Part shown: positions 38,944-49,435 of the stretch, one piece after another
Layout: every line of letters starts with the position of its first letter
How positions within the stretch are numbered: position 1 is the first letter of the stretch
From: Phyllosticta citribraziliensis
Lineage: Eukaryota
DNA: 64,000 bases
Assembly: GCF_038025025.1 (NCBI RefSeq)
Contig: NW_027117354.1
Location: forward strand, 62,001 to 126,000
Direction of reading: 5' to 3'
The notes under the pieces: model-generated
The model's input: the letters and a program-made list of their open reading frames with translations, nothing else
Database searches by the model: none
What the model was told of the DNA's origin: nothing
Position numbers and translations under genes: made by a program

Positions 38944-40228
38944 TTAAGGTTGCCCTGGCCGCGGCTTGCTAGCTAGGGGCAGTGGCGGGGGCCCCCCCGA
39001 CCCGCCCAAATCTTTCCTCTTTGGCGGTGGCGGCGGCGGTGGCTTCTTGCCCACCACCCCTGTTGGAGGCGCACTGGCTGGCGGACTCACTGGTGCATTT
39101 GCTGGTGCCGCTGGTCCAGCTGGTGTGGAGCTCGCGCCGTTGACTCTATCCAAGACGCCATACTTTTGGTTGAGCCCGTTGGCCGTCTGCATGCCGGCGG
39201 CAACCTGATCGCCGTGTCTCTGACGGAAATTGTTTGCAGTTGATGCCGCGCTGCGCATGTCATTAAACGACACGGAGGACGGATTTTTGTGGAAGGATTG
39301 CGCCGTCTTGAACGCCGACTGCTTTTGCGCAAACGAGGTGCCTTGGGTGGGAGTGTTTTCGGAGCTTGAGGAACCTAGCCGCATGCTCGAAAAGCGTGAC
39401 TGCAGCCCCGAAGCCGGCGCATTTTGGTCTTGCCGCGGAGGAGGGCTGGCGCGCGCAGGAACCGGCGGAGAGGCAGTCCGTCCAATGTTGAAACCTGGAA
39501 CGGACACTCCAGCCTTTCCCAGTCTGTTTATTGCCCCGCTATTCAGCGTGCCACTTTCAGGTTTTGCCGGTGTGTCGACGCTCTCTTGGTACGTGGGTGG
39601 AGGTGCTGGGGCGTAAAGATCTGGATGGGAGTTTTGCCTCGGTGGCAATCGAGGCGGAAGTCTCGGCTTTGCGGCTGGTGCAGGCTTCGAGCTCGGGGGA
39701 GTTGACGAGTTGACAGGTGTAGATGACTCTGAGCCAGGCCTCCTAACTGGAGGCGGAGGAAGATGCGACGTTGACAGGCCGGTCGTGTCGGCACGGTATG
39801 GGCCTGGCGGAGGCCTCGCGGCTTCTTCCTCTTCCCTCTGTGCCGCCTCCATCTGTCGCTGACGTTCCTGCGATGCCTCCAATTCGGCTTGCGACAAGGG
39901 CGCGCCCAAGCCGCTTCTGACGGGGGCGACACTCGAACTCGAACCACTCGCTCCATTGCCGTAGGCGGCGTAGTGTTTGGGCGGCGGTGCAAACGACGCG
40001 GGATCTCTCAAGGACGACAGAGGACGAGATTGGTGGTTTCGAGATGCTTCGGCTGGATCGCTGCCCTTGCCCATGAGACCTTTCTGCGCGTCGTTAGTGG
40101 GACGGATTGGAAACGTGGTGGGGGCTCACAGCTCGGTCACGGAGGCCCTTGGGCTGGTCTGATGAGGATGAGGAGGACCTCTTTTCGGGGTGCCAGCCGC
40201 CCTTGGCGAGGTTTGTGAATTTGTCCAT
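38944..40228 (-). CDS. Proline-rich protein, Aim3-like (putative actin-patch/SH3 ligand)
   Basis: MDKFTNLAKGGWHPE start. Intron 40084-40129. Motifs PLSSLRDPASFAPPPKH, YRADTTGLST.HLPPPP, QGTSFAQKQ.A.KTA..F.K.P, KKPPPPPPPK. Confidence 0.7.
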
Positions 40229-40360
40229 GTTGTGATGGTGTACTGTAGACTGTGGGGAGCTGAAGGTGCGGGTTGTACGAGCGCGGACAACCCAAGGCGG
40301 GGCAGGGACTGAGTCATGCACTCCGCACTCCATTGACAAGGTACATGTATTGGTTACATT

Positions 40361-41301
40361 CTATCTCAACTCTACCTCTGGAAAGTCCAAGTCTGGAACC
40401 ATCTTGGCCTGGGGCTTTGAAGAGTTGCTCGTCGTCTTTTTGGCCGAAATCTTCTTTTCCCGACCCAACTTGTCCTTGGCAAATATCTGGAGACCTCGCA
40501 AGTGCGAGTCTTTGCCGTTTTGATGGTTCTCGACAATCTTGACTTGGACCAGCATTGCCCGCAAGACTGGCAGCTTCTTGCGCCGTGTTTCTCCACCCTC
40601 CTCGTCGACTTCATCATCCGAATCTTCTGATGCAGATCCTTCCCGGGCACCGACTCCTTCGAAATCGACATTGATCCATCCTCTTGGCTCCACCAAAGGC
40701 ATGACTGCCCATTCCTGCAGGTCCATTTCGCCCATGCCGGCGAAGAAGGCAATCTCCTTTGGCGTGTAGCTCTCGTCCTGGTCAAAGTCGAGGAAGATGC
40801 GCATGGCCACGATTTCAACCACCTTGAAAAAGTGAATGTTGAGATAGTGCGGTGCCGGCCCGTCAGTCTGCCAAAAGCTGGTGGTCAAGGGTGAGCGGAG
40901 TTGTGGAACACCACAGCCCGGCTTGCTAGTTGAGACGCTCCACGATGCAAGTGATGAGATTTCCTTGACGTTGGGTGGCAGAGTGTCGGAATCTAGCTTC
41001 AGTTGTCAGTTGTATTGCCGGTTGAAGAAAAGCAATGCTCCACGCGCGGCAACGGGAAACGACAGGGGTCGAGTGGAGCGTGGATGACGAGTCGCATCGC
41101 CGGTACGGTACGGTACTCACCTGGAGGCTCATCGTCCACTTCTTCTCCGAGCTCTTCGTCGCCATCGACATCGACCATTTGCTCCTCCAACTCGGTTCCG
41201 GGCTCGCCAGGACTGGCCCCCTCAATGTCTGACGGAGGGTCGAGATAGCTGTCGGGGTCGAGCTCAGGCTCACCCTGGGCATGGAGATGGGTTCGCGGCA
41301 T
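40361..41301 (-). CDS. APC10: Anaphase-promoting complex subunit 10 (Apc10/Doc1)
   Basis: Acidic exon 1, intron 40993-41120, then KEISSLASWSVSTSKPGCGV, FWQTDGPAPH.LNIHF, DESYTP, PRGW, ENHQNGKDSHLRG. Ends in an IR-like tail (ELR). Confidence 0.95.
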
Positions 41302-42036
41302 GCCGTCTGAATCGTCTGGCTGATGGTGTTGTCGAGTTTGTTTTGGCTCGCCGTCTCGTCCAAAGCCCCGCCAAGCGCCGTCCCCTGCCCTGCAACTTCC
41401 TGTCTCCACAGGCACGTCGCATCCTCAAAAAAGAATCATCACCAAATCCTCTCGGCCTCTGCCGCCCCCAACGCCAAAGAAAGCAATTCGCTCGGACCTT
41501 GGGCTGGCGTAGCACACCGCTTCAAGACCTCAATGCTGACGATGCAGCGAGACTCAACGGCGTCTCTGCCAGGCCACATGGCTTGCACCACCAGGACGAG
41601 CTCAAACAGATCTACTCGTCATCTGCTTCCGACATGGCTCCATGTTGTTCAATATATCGCTGCCGAATCCTTGTCGCCTCGTTCTTTTTCCCGACATCCA
41701 CCTTGTCGGTTACACTGCCTCTCAAGACATCCAAACATGTCATCATGTCCGTGATTGCTCTGCAAGGAGCCATGCACACGACGAAAATCTGCGCAAAATT
41801 GGGGCCGCTTCATCCACCTCTCCATTTACTCACCATCGCCTTCCACCTCTTCGGAACACCCTGTCTGATACATCCGCGACCATGTTCCTGTTAAGATGCC
41901 CAGCCTCCTGTAGGCCGCGGACCTTTCCCTGCTTTTTCCGAGTCTTACGCAGACATCTTGGTATATCATCTTGGTCGACAAATCCTCGTGTTGCCACCCT
42001 TTGGTGAGCGTCTACCATACACGACGCTTGCGCAAA

Positions 42037-43526
42037 ATGCCTTCGTTTCACCCACTCTCAGAAACCACCTCCAAGGCTCCAGCAGAATTGTCCGTCTGCA
42101 TCGTCTTTTTGGTTCTGACTTATATTGCTGTTGGAGCGCGATGCTGGGTCAGAATACGCATGATTCGAAGCTTTGGGTGGGATGATGCTTTGATGTGTAT
42201 ATCCTTGGTACTACGCCCTCCCGATATTCGAGCACTGCTGACTTTTAGGTCCTCTTCACCGTCTACTGCATCAGCATCATCGTCATTGCGTATGATTATG
42301 GAGGTGGAACACATACGCTGGTCATTGGCCAAGCCATTCATGTATGTTGCCATGGTCCTGATCGCAATGATGCTAACACGACTAGTGGGTCCTTGTCTCG
42401 GAGACCATTTACGTCGTCACGGCCATGACAGTCAAGCTTTCTCTCGGCGTCTTCTTTCTTCGCATCCTCATCAGGCCCTGGCAAAGATGTTTCGTCTACG
42501 CAGTCATGGTTCTCATCACATTGCTCAGCGTCTTCTTCTTCTTCAACCTCATCTTCATGTGCGGCAACCCGAAAGACTATCTTGTCCGTTATGTTGCCGA
42601 CAAATGCGCCCCTCGAGAGGTCCAGCGCGCTTTGGCATATCTTTCCGCCGCGGTTGGAGCTTTTACAGATTGGACCTATGCAGTCTTGCCTCTTCAAATT
42701 GTTCTCCAGGCAAATATGCAAATGAGGGGCAAGATTTCGGTCCTCTTGATTCTATCTCTCGGAACAATGTAAGCTCCTCACCGTCCCGGATTACGTGTAC
42801 TGACAAATTAGTGGGAGTATTTGTTCTACGGTGCGGATCAAATATATCGAAGGCCTCATCAGCCCAACCGACTTTTTTTGTAAGTTGATCATCTAATCTT
42901 GTCCTCTCTTGTTGATTGCGACAGGGAACGCGACCATGATCGCCATTTGGTCAATAACCGAATGCGGCGCCGGAATCACTGCCGGATCGCTTGCTACGCT
43001 CCGGCCTCTCTTTAAGCATTGGTTTTCGGCAGTCAGAACATTCACCCAAAGTTCGTCGAGCGGTTCTAGAAACTGGGGTTCGAGTATCATGAAGAAATTC
43101 TCCAAAGGCTCACTCAACCAAGCCAGTGGTAACCACAGAGCCAACCAACCGGCTCCAACATGGCAGCTGGGGTCTCAAGATCAGTCCCAGGAATCAACCA
43201 AAACACGCAGCAGACAAGGCAGCAAGCAAGACGGAGACAGTCTGGAAATGGGCACCATTCCTCGCAAGCCGTCGACCACACAAATGAGGACGCCACAGGC
43301 CTCGAGCGCTTGCGACACTTCGGGTCTCATTTCCATCACCGAAAGCTTGGAGCGCGATAGTCAGTGGTGGCTGGCTCAAAGTCGCTCGACTGAGCAAATG
43401 CGCAGACCCCGAGCGGGCTCAGGGGTGCATCTAGATCTCGAGGCCAACCACGACATGGGTCGGAGGAGCTCATGCACGATCAATGAGGAAGAGATTAGGG
43501 ACATTATCCACGCAGTCACGCGGTAG
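42037..43526 (+). CDS. PTH11-like (rhodopsin-domain) integral membrane protein without CFEM
   Basis: Motifs AVGARCWVR...FGWDD, TVKLSLGVFFLRI, FTDWTYAVLP, ILSLG, WSITECGAGITAGSLATLRPLF. Introns ~42208-42248, 42342-42385, 42769-42811, 42880-42923. Disordered C-tail. Confidence 0.88.
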
Positions 43527-43966
43527 CGGTCTTGGATCAAGCACGGCAATTCAGTCACTGAAACGGATCTCGCGGTGTACAACCACCGACTGCTTCTGGC
43601 CCTTTCAACCGGGATGGCTCGAGTCAAGCTTGGCCGGACTCTGGACCCGAATGGAAGACGATATCCTGACGACCGGACTCTCGGGTGCGAATCTATGGCG
43701 GCAAATCTGCACGTCGATGGATTCGGACGCGCCCGATTGTTCAAAAGCAATGCCTGGCCAGGCAATCCAACCACGCGACTACGCCGTTTTCCGAAGAGTA
43801 GCCGCTGCACGCTGCACGATGCACGCTGCAGTAGCTTGACGCGTCTGAGATGGAGCATCCATTGTCTTTCTACTGTCAAGGCAACACTCGTACGACTTGA
43901 ATTGTTCCTCTACGGAGTGACTCTTCGAAGGCCTCGCCCGCTCATCCAGAATTGACACTCGGCCTT

Positions 43967-44856
43967 CTAGTCGGGCCATTCCTGTCCCAGCTTCTCTTCC
44001 AAGTACACAATCTTCCGCTGTAAGGCCTCGGCTTCTTCTAGCGTAGTCAGCCCGTCAGACCTTATACCTTTCTCCTGGCGGCAGGTCTCGTCTTGGAATC
44101 GACAGCGACTACATGCAAGCCCGATATCCTTCCCAACGGAGTCGTACACGCGACAGTCTCCGTTCCTTGCGCACTTGGGGCGTGGCACCAACTTGTTGTT
44201 GTACGCACTCAAGTCGCCGGTCTTGAACTTTTCTACGGTCCTCTCACACATGTTCTCGTCCACGGAGTACCACACGTCAGTGCCAAGAGGATGCGGAAGC
44301 TTGTCCAGCTTGACTTGCAGCTTGGACTTGGAAATGCTTTCGTTTTTGCGCCGGGGGGAGCAGATGGTTTCGTGCGCTTCAGTGGTGGAGTGTTGCTGGA
44401 TGATCAGCATAGGCGACGAGTGGAAGAATTTCGTACAATGGATTTTCTTGTGTCGTCGACTTTGCGCTTCCCGATATTGGCGAGAGACATGTCCGAGGGC
44501 CTTGTGTCCCCTCGATTCAGTATCCTCGAACTGGGGTGGGGGAGTATCTCGAGTTGCGTGGTAGCTTTCACAGTCGAATGGAAGCGCGCTGACTGCGTCC
44601 CGTTCCGCTGCTCTGCGAGAAGTTCAGCAGCGATGTTGGATATGCGGCCCATCCACCACTCCAAATTGGATTCGCTGCGCCCGCTTCGCGATGCGTTGAT
44701 GGCGATTTGAAGATGATGGACATCGAGATGTTGTTCCACGTCCCGCAACTTCCTTTATCCGTCTTGGGCTGCGCATCCATCAAGCTTGGTTCGCGCTCTG
44801 GACGGGAGGTTTATTGTCAACACGACCTCTACGCGTCCACCGCGTCTTCGCGCCAT
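43967..44856 (-). pseudogene. Orphan with Cys-rich (Zn-binding-like) motif and terminal coiled coil; possible premature TAA
   Basis: ORFs 44404-44748 and 43967-44410 join in frame via a 41-nt GT-AG intron (44396-44436). The upstream frame is open to ATG 44856 except for one TAA at 44755-44757. It could instead start at an internal Met. Confidence 0.4.
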
Positions 44857-45478
44857 CAATTCTTCTCTGCCCTGGCAAGGCTTATTACGAGCAAAGAAGC
44901 TGTCAATTCGTCAATGCGAGTTGACTGTTTGCGACTGGACTGCAAGCCAGACATTTGCACAGTCGGCGTTGAACAAAATCAAAAGGTGTGGTCGGGACTT
45001 TTTTCCGTCTGGATCGCATTCAGTTCATTCCAAGAAGCCTCCGAACCCGGTGCCTGACGGCTAGAAGGTCACATCCCGATCGAACGCACCACATTCTTTC
45101 ATGAGAATTTCTGCCCGTTGGCAGTTTTCAAATTTATTGCCAAACTCGGCGTTTCTGTGAAAAGCTGGATGCAGACTACATTCTCATTTTCAAAACTTAT
45201 CTCCTCCCCCGACTCGAAAGTATCATTGCGAATTAGTGCCATGGAATGGTCTGCTCAACTGCAGTCTATCCAGGGAGTCGAGTCGGCCGAAAAAGGTTAA
45301 ACCGTGTCTGTCCCAAACCCCTGGATAGCGACGCATACCAGCTCGCGTAGATCCGGATCGCAGAATCTCGCCATCATGAGGCTGGCCAAGGGACGCAGGT
45401 GCAAGTTCAAGAAGACCGGGCATCCCTCGATCGACCGTCACACGTCAAGCTGCAGCCAATATCGCCTTGAGCGACACC

Positions 45479-47968
45479 ATGACTCTCAAGCTTACTTCGA
45501 AATTTCGGTCCGGTCGAACCGTCCGCAGCCACCGGTTCGACAAGTTGGAAGACGCGGATGCCCCTGCGCCTTTTGATTCCTTCAACATGACTGCAAATCT
45601 TCCTGCCACGCCGGATCCCTACGACAGGTCAGAAAGTCGGTCAACTGCTCGTCGTTCCATGGCAACTTTTCAGAACCTCACCTTTTCCGACGTCCAACAG
45701 CTCACCAATGTCTTGTCGCATGCGCCCTCTCCGGCAATCTCGTGGCAGTCTCCAATGTGGGCGACGTACGCCCGCTTCACGCGCCAGCAAATTGAAAGTC
45801 TACCGGCCCACTTGCGCTGCAAATCCAACTCGCCATTCTCCTCGCGCTTTTGGACGGCCTCAAAAACACCCACGGACAATGAAGGCGGTCTCTGCAAGCT
45901 CCACTCGCAGCTTAATGTCGACCTCATCCGCAGCATCTTTACGTTCTTGCAAAAGGAGATTGAAGATCACATTCCGGCAATCCTCGACCCTTTGTCCGAG
46001 GCTGGACGACTTACCCGGCAACATGAAGATGTCATGAATGCGCTTGCGGCGGTGCCTGCTTTGTGGACGGCGGCGCCCACCAAACCGCAGGAGGCGCCAA
46101 ACGACGGCCCATTCCGCGACATTCGACGTCGTCTTGGGAGACGCGACTCCATGATGTCGCCGAATGGCACTCCGCGCATGTATTCGATGGCGTCATCGTT
46201 GCAATCCTCCCTGTCTCTGTCCACTTCGGCGCATATGTCGAAGCTTCTGGCCATGTCGACCTGTCCGGCCCAGTTTCACAAACGCTCTTGTCTGGCGTGT
46301 GCCATTGCGCAGGTGGGCAGCTCGCCGGCCATTATCTTTGCACTTCGCGTTGGGATACTTGCGCGCAGTCAGATTGAACCGAATCGCCGTGGAGTGCGCA
46401 TCACGTTTGTCGAGTGCTGGATGGAGCACCTCCATTCTGTGGATGAGGAAGAGGTCGAAAGGGTCATGAGAGAGAGTTTCGAGTTGGGCATGCAGTTGAG
46501 AGGGCTGTACAGGAGACTGAGCATCGAAAAGGAGAGAATCCGCGTCGAGGACAGCGAGGAGCCCGTCGACATGACGACCCAGGCGAAGAAGGGGTCGGGA
46601 TTTTGGATTGATCTCGGCCACAAGGCCAACTGCGCGTGGCCGTTCAAGACGCGCGGACGCGGCTCCAACCTCTCCATGTTCGATCTGGCCAGCTCGCACT
46701 CGCCGACGCAGCGCTCGGTCAAGCCGCGCGGCCGCAGCTCCAACCTCTCCATGTTCGACCTCGCGCGCTCGCACTCGACGCACCAGCCGTCGGCCTTGTC
46801 CAAGCCCTCGTCGACCAGCCGTCTGCGCGCCATTCGTGCCTACAGCAGCAGTCAGCTCCAGCCCCGGCCCAAGACGAGCTACACGCTGGCCAGCCGCTCG
46901 CAGAGCGTGAGCTCCCATCACCCTCCTGCCCTGCGGCGGCCCAAGACGAGCTTCTTCCATGCATCGGCGACGCCGTTCCTCCCGCGCTCCCTCAGCCGCC
47001 GCAAGACGACCAACCAACTGAAGACGGACAGCGCGGCGCTGCTGTACTCGTCGACGCCGCCGGCGGATGCCTCGCCGCCCATGGCCTGTGACCGCTTCTC
47101 CAAGGCGACGCAGACATCTCCGCGCACGTCGGCGTCTGCGTCGCCGCTCCTGCCTGTCCCAACCCCTTCAAACTCTTCTCCCCCCTTGACTCAACCCACC
47201 GTCTCCATCTCCATCCCCCCGCGCACCTCCTCGCGGCCCCTCCCCGACGCCTACGCATGGAAAACGCTGCCCCCACTCCCGCCCCAGCACCGCGCGCGCA
47301 AACGGCGGCACCTCAGCCTGCCGGACGCGCTGACCTTGTCTGGCACCAGCACCGCTGCCACCACCGCCACAACTGCTCCCTCTCCTCACCCCCATCCCCG
47401 TCACCAGCATAACCACTCGCACCACCTGCACCCGCGGCACCATCACAACCAGTACCATCAGCGCCAGCGCGCTGCCGGTGCCGTAGCCGCGCCGCATGCG
47501 GGCCTTGCGTTTGGAGTGCGTCACGTCGCGTCCGCGGCGCCGCTGGGCCCGCAGATGCACGTGCACCCGGCGCTCAGGACGAGGGCGGAGTCGCCGGAGG
47601 TTGAGGTTGAGGGTGAGGCTGATGCTGAGGTGGGCGAGATTGACATTGGGTTTGGCGGCGGCGTGGCGGGCGGCTTCGCTGACGCTGCTGGCGCTGCTTG
47701 CGGTGGTGGCGGTGGTGATACTGGAGCTGGTGCTAGCGATGGGAGCGTCGTTGACGCTGGTGCTGGTGCCGGTGCTGCGGCAAAGGCGAAAGTGGATCTT
47801 AGCCTTTTTCCGAGGGCGAGTAGGAGGGGCGACGGGGAGAGGGAGCGAGTGAAGCAGAGGGTGAGGAAGGATGCGGGGACGGGGGTGGGTACGGAGACGG
47901 GCAAGGGAGGAGGGGGAGGACAAGATGCCGCGTGGAGCTGTGCTGTCATGAAGGAGATGGGTATGTAG
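45479..47968 (+). CDS. Fungal hypothetical protein with N-terminal Cys/His motifs (LCKLH, CLAC) and long low-complexity C-terminus
   Basis: Intronless ORF of ~829 codons from ATG 45479. Globular-looking N-terminal half, then Ser/Pro/His/Gly-rich tail. Confidence 0.7.
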   Translation: MTLKLTSKFRSGRTVRSHRFDKLEDADAPAPFDSFNMTANLPATPDPYDRSESRSTARRSMATFQNLTFSDVQQLTNVLSHAPSPAISWQSPMWATYARFTRQQIESLPAHLRCKSNSPFSSRFWTASKTPTDNEGGLCKLHSQLNVDLIRSIFTFLQKEIEDHIPAILDPLSEAGRLTRQHEDVMNALAAVPALWTAAPTKPQEAPNDGPFRDIRRRLGRRDSMMSPNGTPRMYSMASSLQSSLSLSTSAHMSKLLAMSTCPAQFHKRSCLACAIAQVGSSPAIIFALRVGILARSQIEPNRRGVRITFVECWMEHLHSVDEEEVERVMRESFELGMQLRGLYRRLSIEKERIRVEDSEEPVDMTTQAKKGSGFWIDLGHKANCAWPFKTRGRGSNLSMFDLASSHSPTQRSVKPRGRSSNLSMFDLARSHSTHQPSALSKPSSTSRLRAIRAYSSSQLQPRPKTSYTLASRSQSVSSHHPPALRRPKTSFFHASATPFLPRSLSRRKTTNQLKTDSAALLYSSTPPADASPPMACDRFSKATQTSPRTSASASPLLPVPTPSNSSPPLTQPTVSISIPPRTSSRPLPDAYAWKTLPPLPPQHRARKRRHLSLPDALTLSGTSTAATTATTAPSPHPHPRHQHNHSHHLHPRHHHNQYHQRQRAAGAVAAPHAGLAFGVRHVASAAPLGPQMHVHPALRTRAESPEVEVEGEADAEVGEIDIGFGGGVAGGFADAAGAACGGGGGDTGAGASDGSVVDAGAGAGAAAKAKVDLSLFPRASRRGDGERERVKQRVRKDAGTGVGTETGKGGGGGQDAAWSCAVMKEMGM

Positions 47969-48018
47969 TGGCTTTTGCATGGATAGATACATACGTGGAA
48001 AGGAATATAGCGCTGTAT

Positions 48019-48020
<2 letters not shown>

Positions 48021-48052
<32 letters not shown>
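48021..48052. repeat. (AGC)n microsatellite, non-coding
   Basis: About 10 trinucleotide copies downstream of the 45479-47968 gene. Confidence 0.95.
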
Positions 48053-48053
<1 letters not shown>

Positions 48054-48085
48054 CTTTTTTCGTGTGAATGTATGTACATCACGCA

Positions 48086-48874
48086 TCACACATCACGCTG
48101 ACCGGCAGATATTCCCGCGCGCAGGCAAGCACCTTGGATAGCAAACGACTTGCTGCAGTCAGTCTGCCGACGGAGTGACAGAAAGACGGCCTTGAGGTTT
48201 GTGCGGCTTTGCGTAGGGAAATGTGTATCAGCGACTTTCTCCACCGCCTCATTCTCCTCTGAGAAGTGTGCCGGCTGCTGGATCCTTGTGCCTTCCCTCC
48301 CGTCTCCTCTGAATGTTCCGTGGCGAAATGAAAATGAGCGTGGTTGAGTTGCCATGGCCGTTTCTCTTCCGCATTCGAGGGTTGTCCAGGGTAATTCCGA
48401 AACTGCGGCTGAGGGGTCTTCTGCGGGGAATATCTCGCGCGTTTGATTTGCGGTGGGATGTAGAGCGTAGGTGGCTTTCTTGGCTGGAGTGTTTTTGTGA
48501 TGTAGCCTCTCGTCGTGGAGTCGTTGTCCTCTGCGCAATGCTCGAGTCTCGTGGCTGGTTTGTAGCCATCTTCCTAACCTTTTCTCTTCCGTCTCGTCGG
48601 GGATGCCCACTGGTGTCTCGAGATTGAGGCTTCTGCCGTCTCGTGTGTCGTTATATGCGGTCCCCTGCCAGGGCACCTCACCCTCGATTGTGACATCCAA
48701 GTCCTCGATGCAAGTCCCATAGCCCTTCCAAGAGATTCTTCGAGCGTCTGTCCAAGTCGAGTCGATATCCAGAACCTTCCTATTAGCGTTAGTCGCGTTT
48801 GCTGTTTGTCTGCAGTCCGCTCACCCAAGCCATCCCGCTCACCTCTGAGCCATAGAACCTCTCTGCACTCCCAT
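48086..48874 (-). CDS. Putative orphan protein (~240 aa)
   Basis: Canonical intron 48780-48842 (GTGAGC...CTAAC...TAG) joins MGVQRGSMAQR in frame to the 204-codon ORF 48086-48700. No recognisable domain. Confidence 0.35.
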
Positions 48875-49259
48875 TGCTCGTGATGCAAGCCTTGCTTGAT
48901 CGAAGAAGGTAGAGTCCACCACGCCCAACGCAGGCAAACAGAGTTGTCGTGATCCCGCCGCGACATGAGGTTCGACGGCCTTGGTGCCTCGCAGCCTCAT
49001 CGCCGAGAGCCCAAAGCGGGAGGCACCCGCCGCTCACTCCCACAACCCACCGACGACAGCTGATAAATTCCTGCTGCTGGCTTCTCTTCGTCCCTCTCCC
49101 TCTCCTCTCCTCTCCACCTCCTCCTCCACCTCCCTCTTCACGAACCCGACAGGCTTCGTTTCCTCTTTGCGCAACTGCTTCGCGATCCTGCTCTTTCTCG
49201 TCCGAGATCCCACTCAAGGTATGTGCCCGTTGTTCGCTCTACCAGCCCGCCGCGACGTC

Positions 49260-49317
49260 TTGAGCTCGCTTGAGCTCAGTTGAGCTGGCTTGAGCCTTTC
49301 TTGAGCTCGCTTGAGCG
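49260..49317. repeat. ~10-bp tandem repeat (TTGAGCTCGC-like) x6
   Basis: TTGAGC at 49260, 49270, 49280, 49290, 49301, 49311. Confidence 0.9.
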
Positions 49318-49435
49318 AACCTCACGTCGCGTCGCATTGCTTTTCCAACCTGAGACTGCCTCGCGTTACGTCGCAAGTCGTGATCTCGCTGACCTTGCCC
49401 AGGTTCACCAACCAATCTCTCCTCAAGTCTTCATC

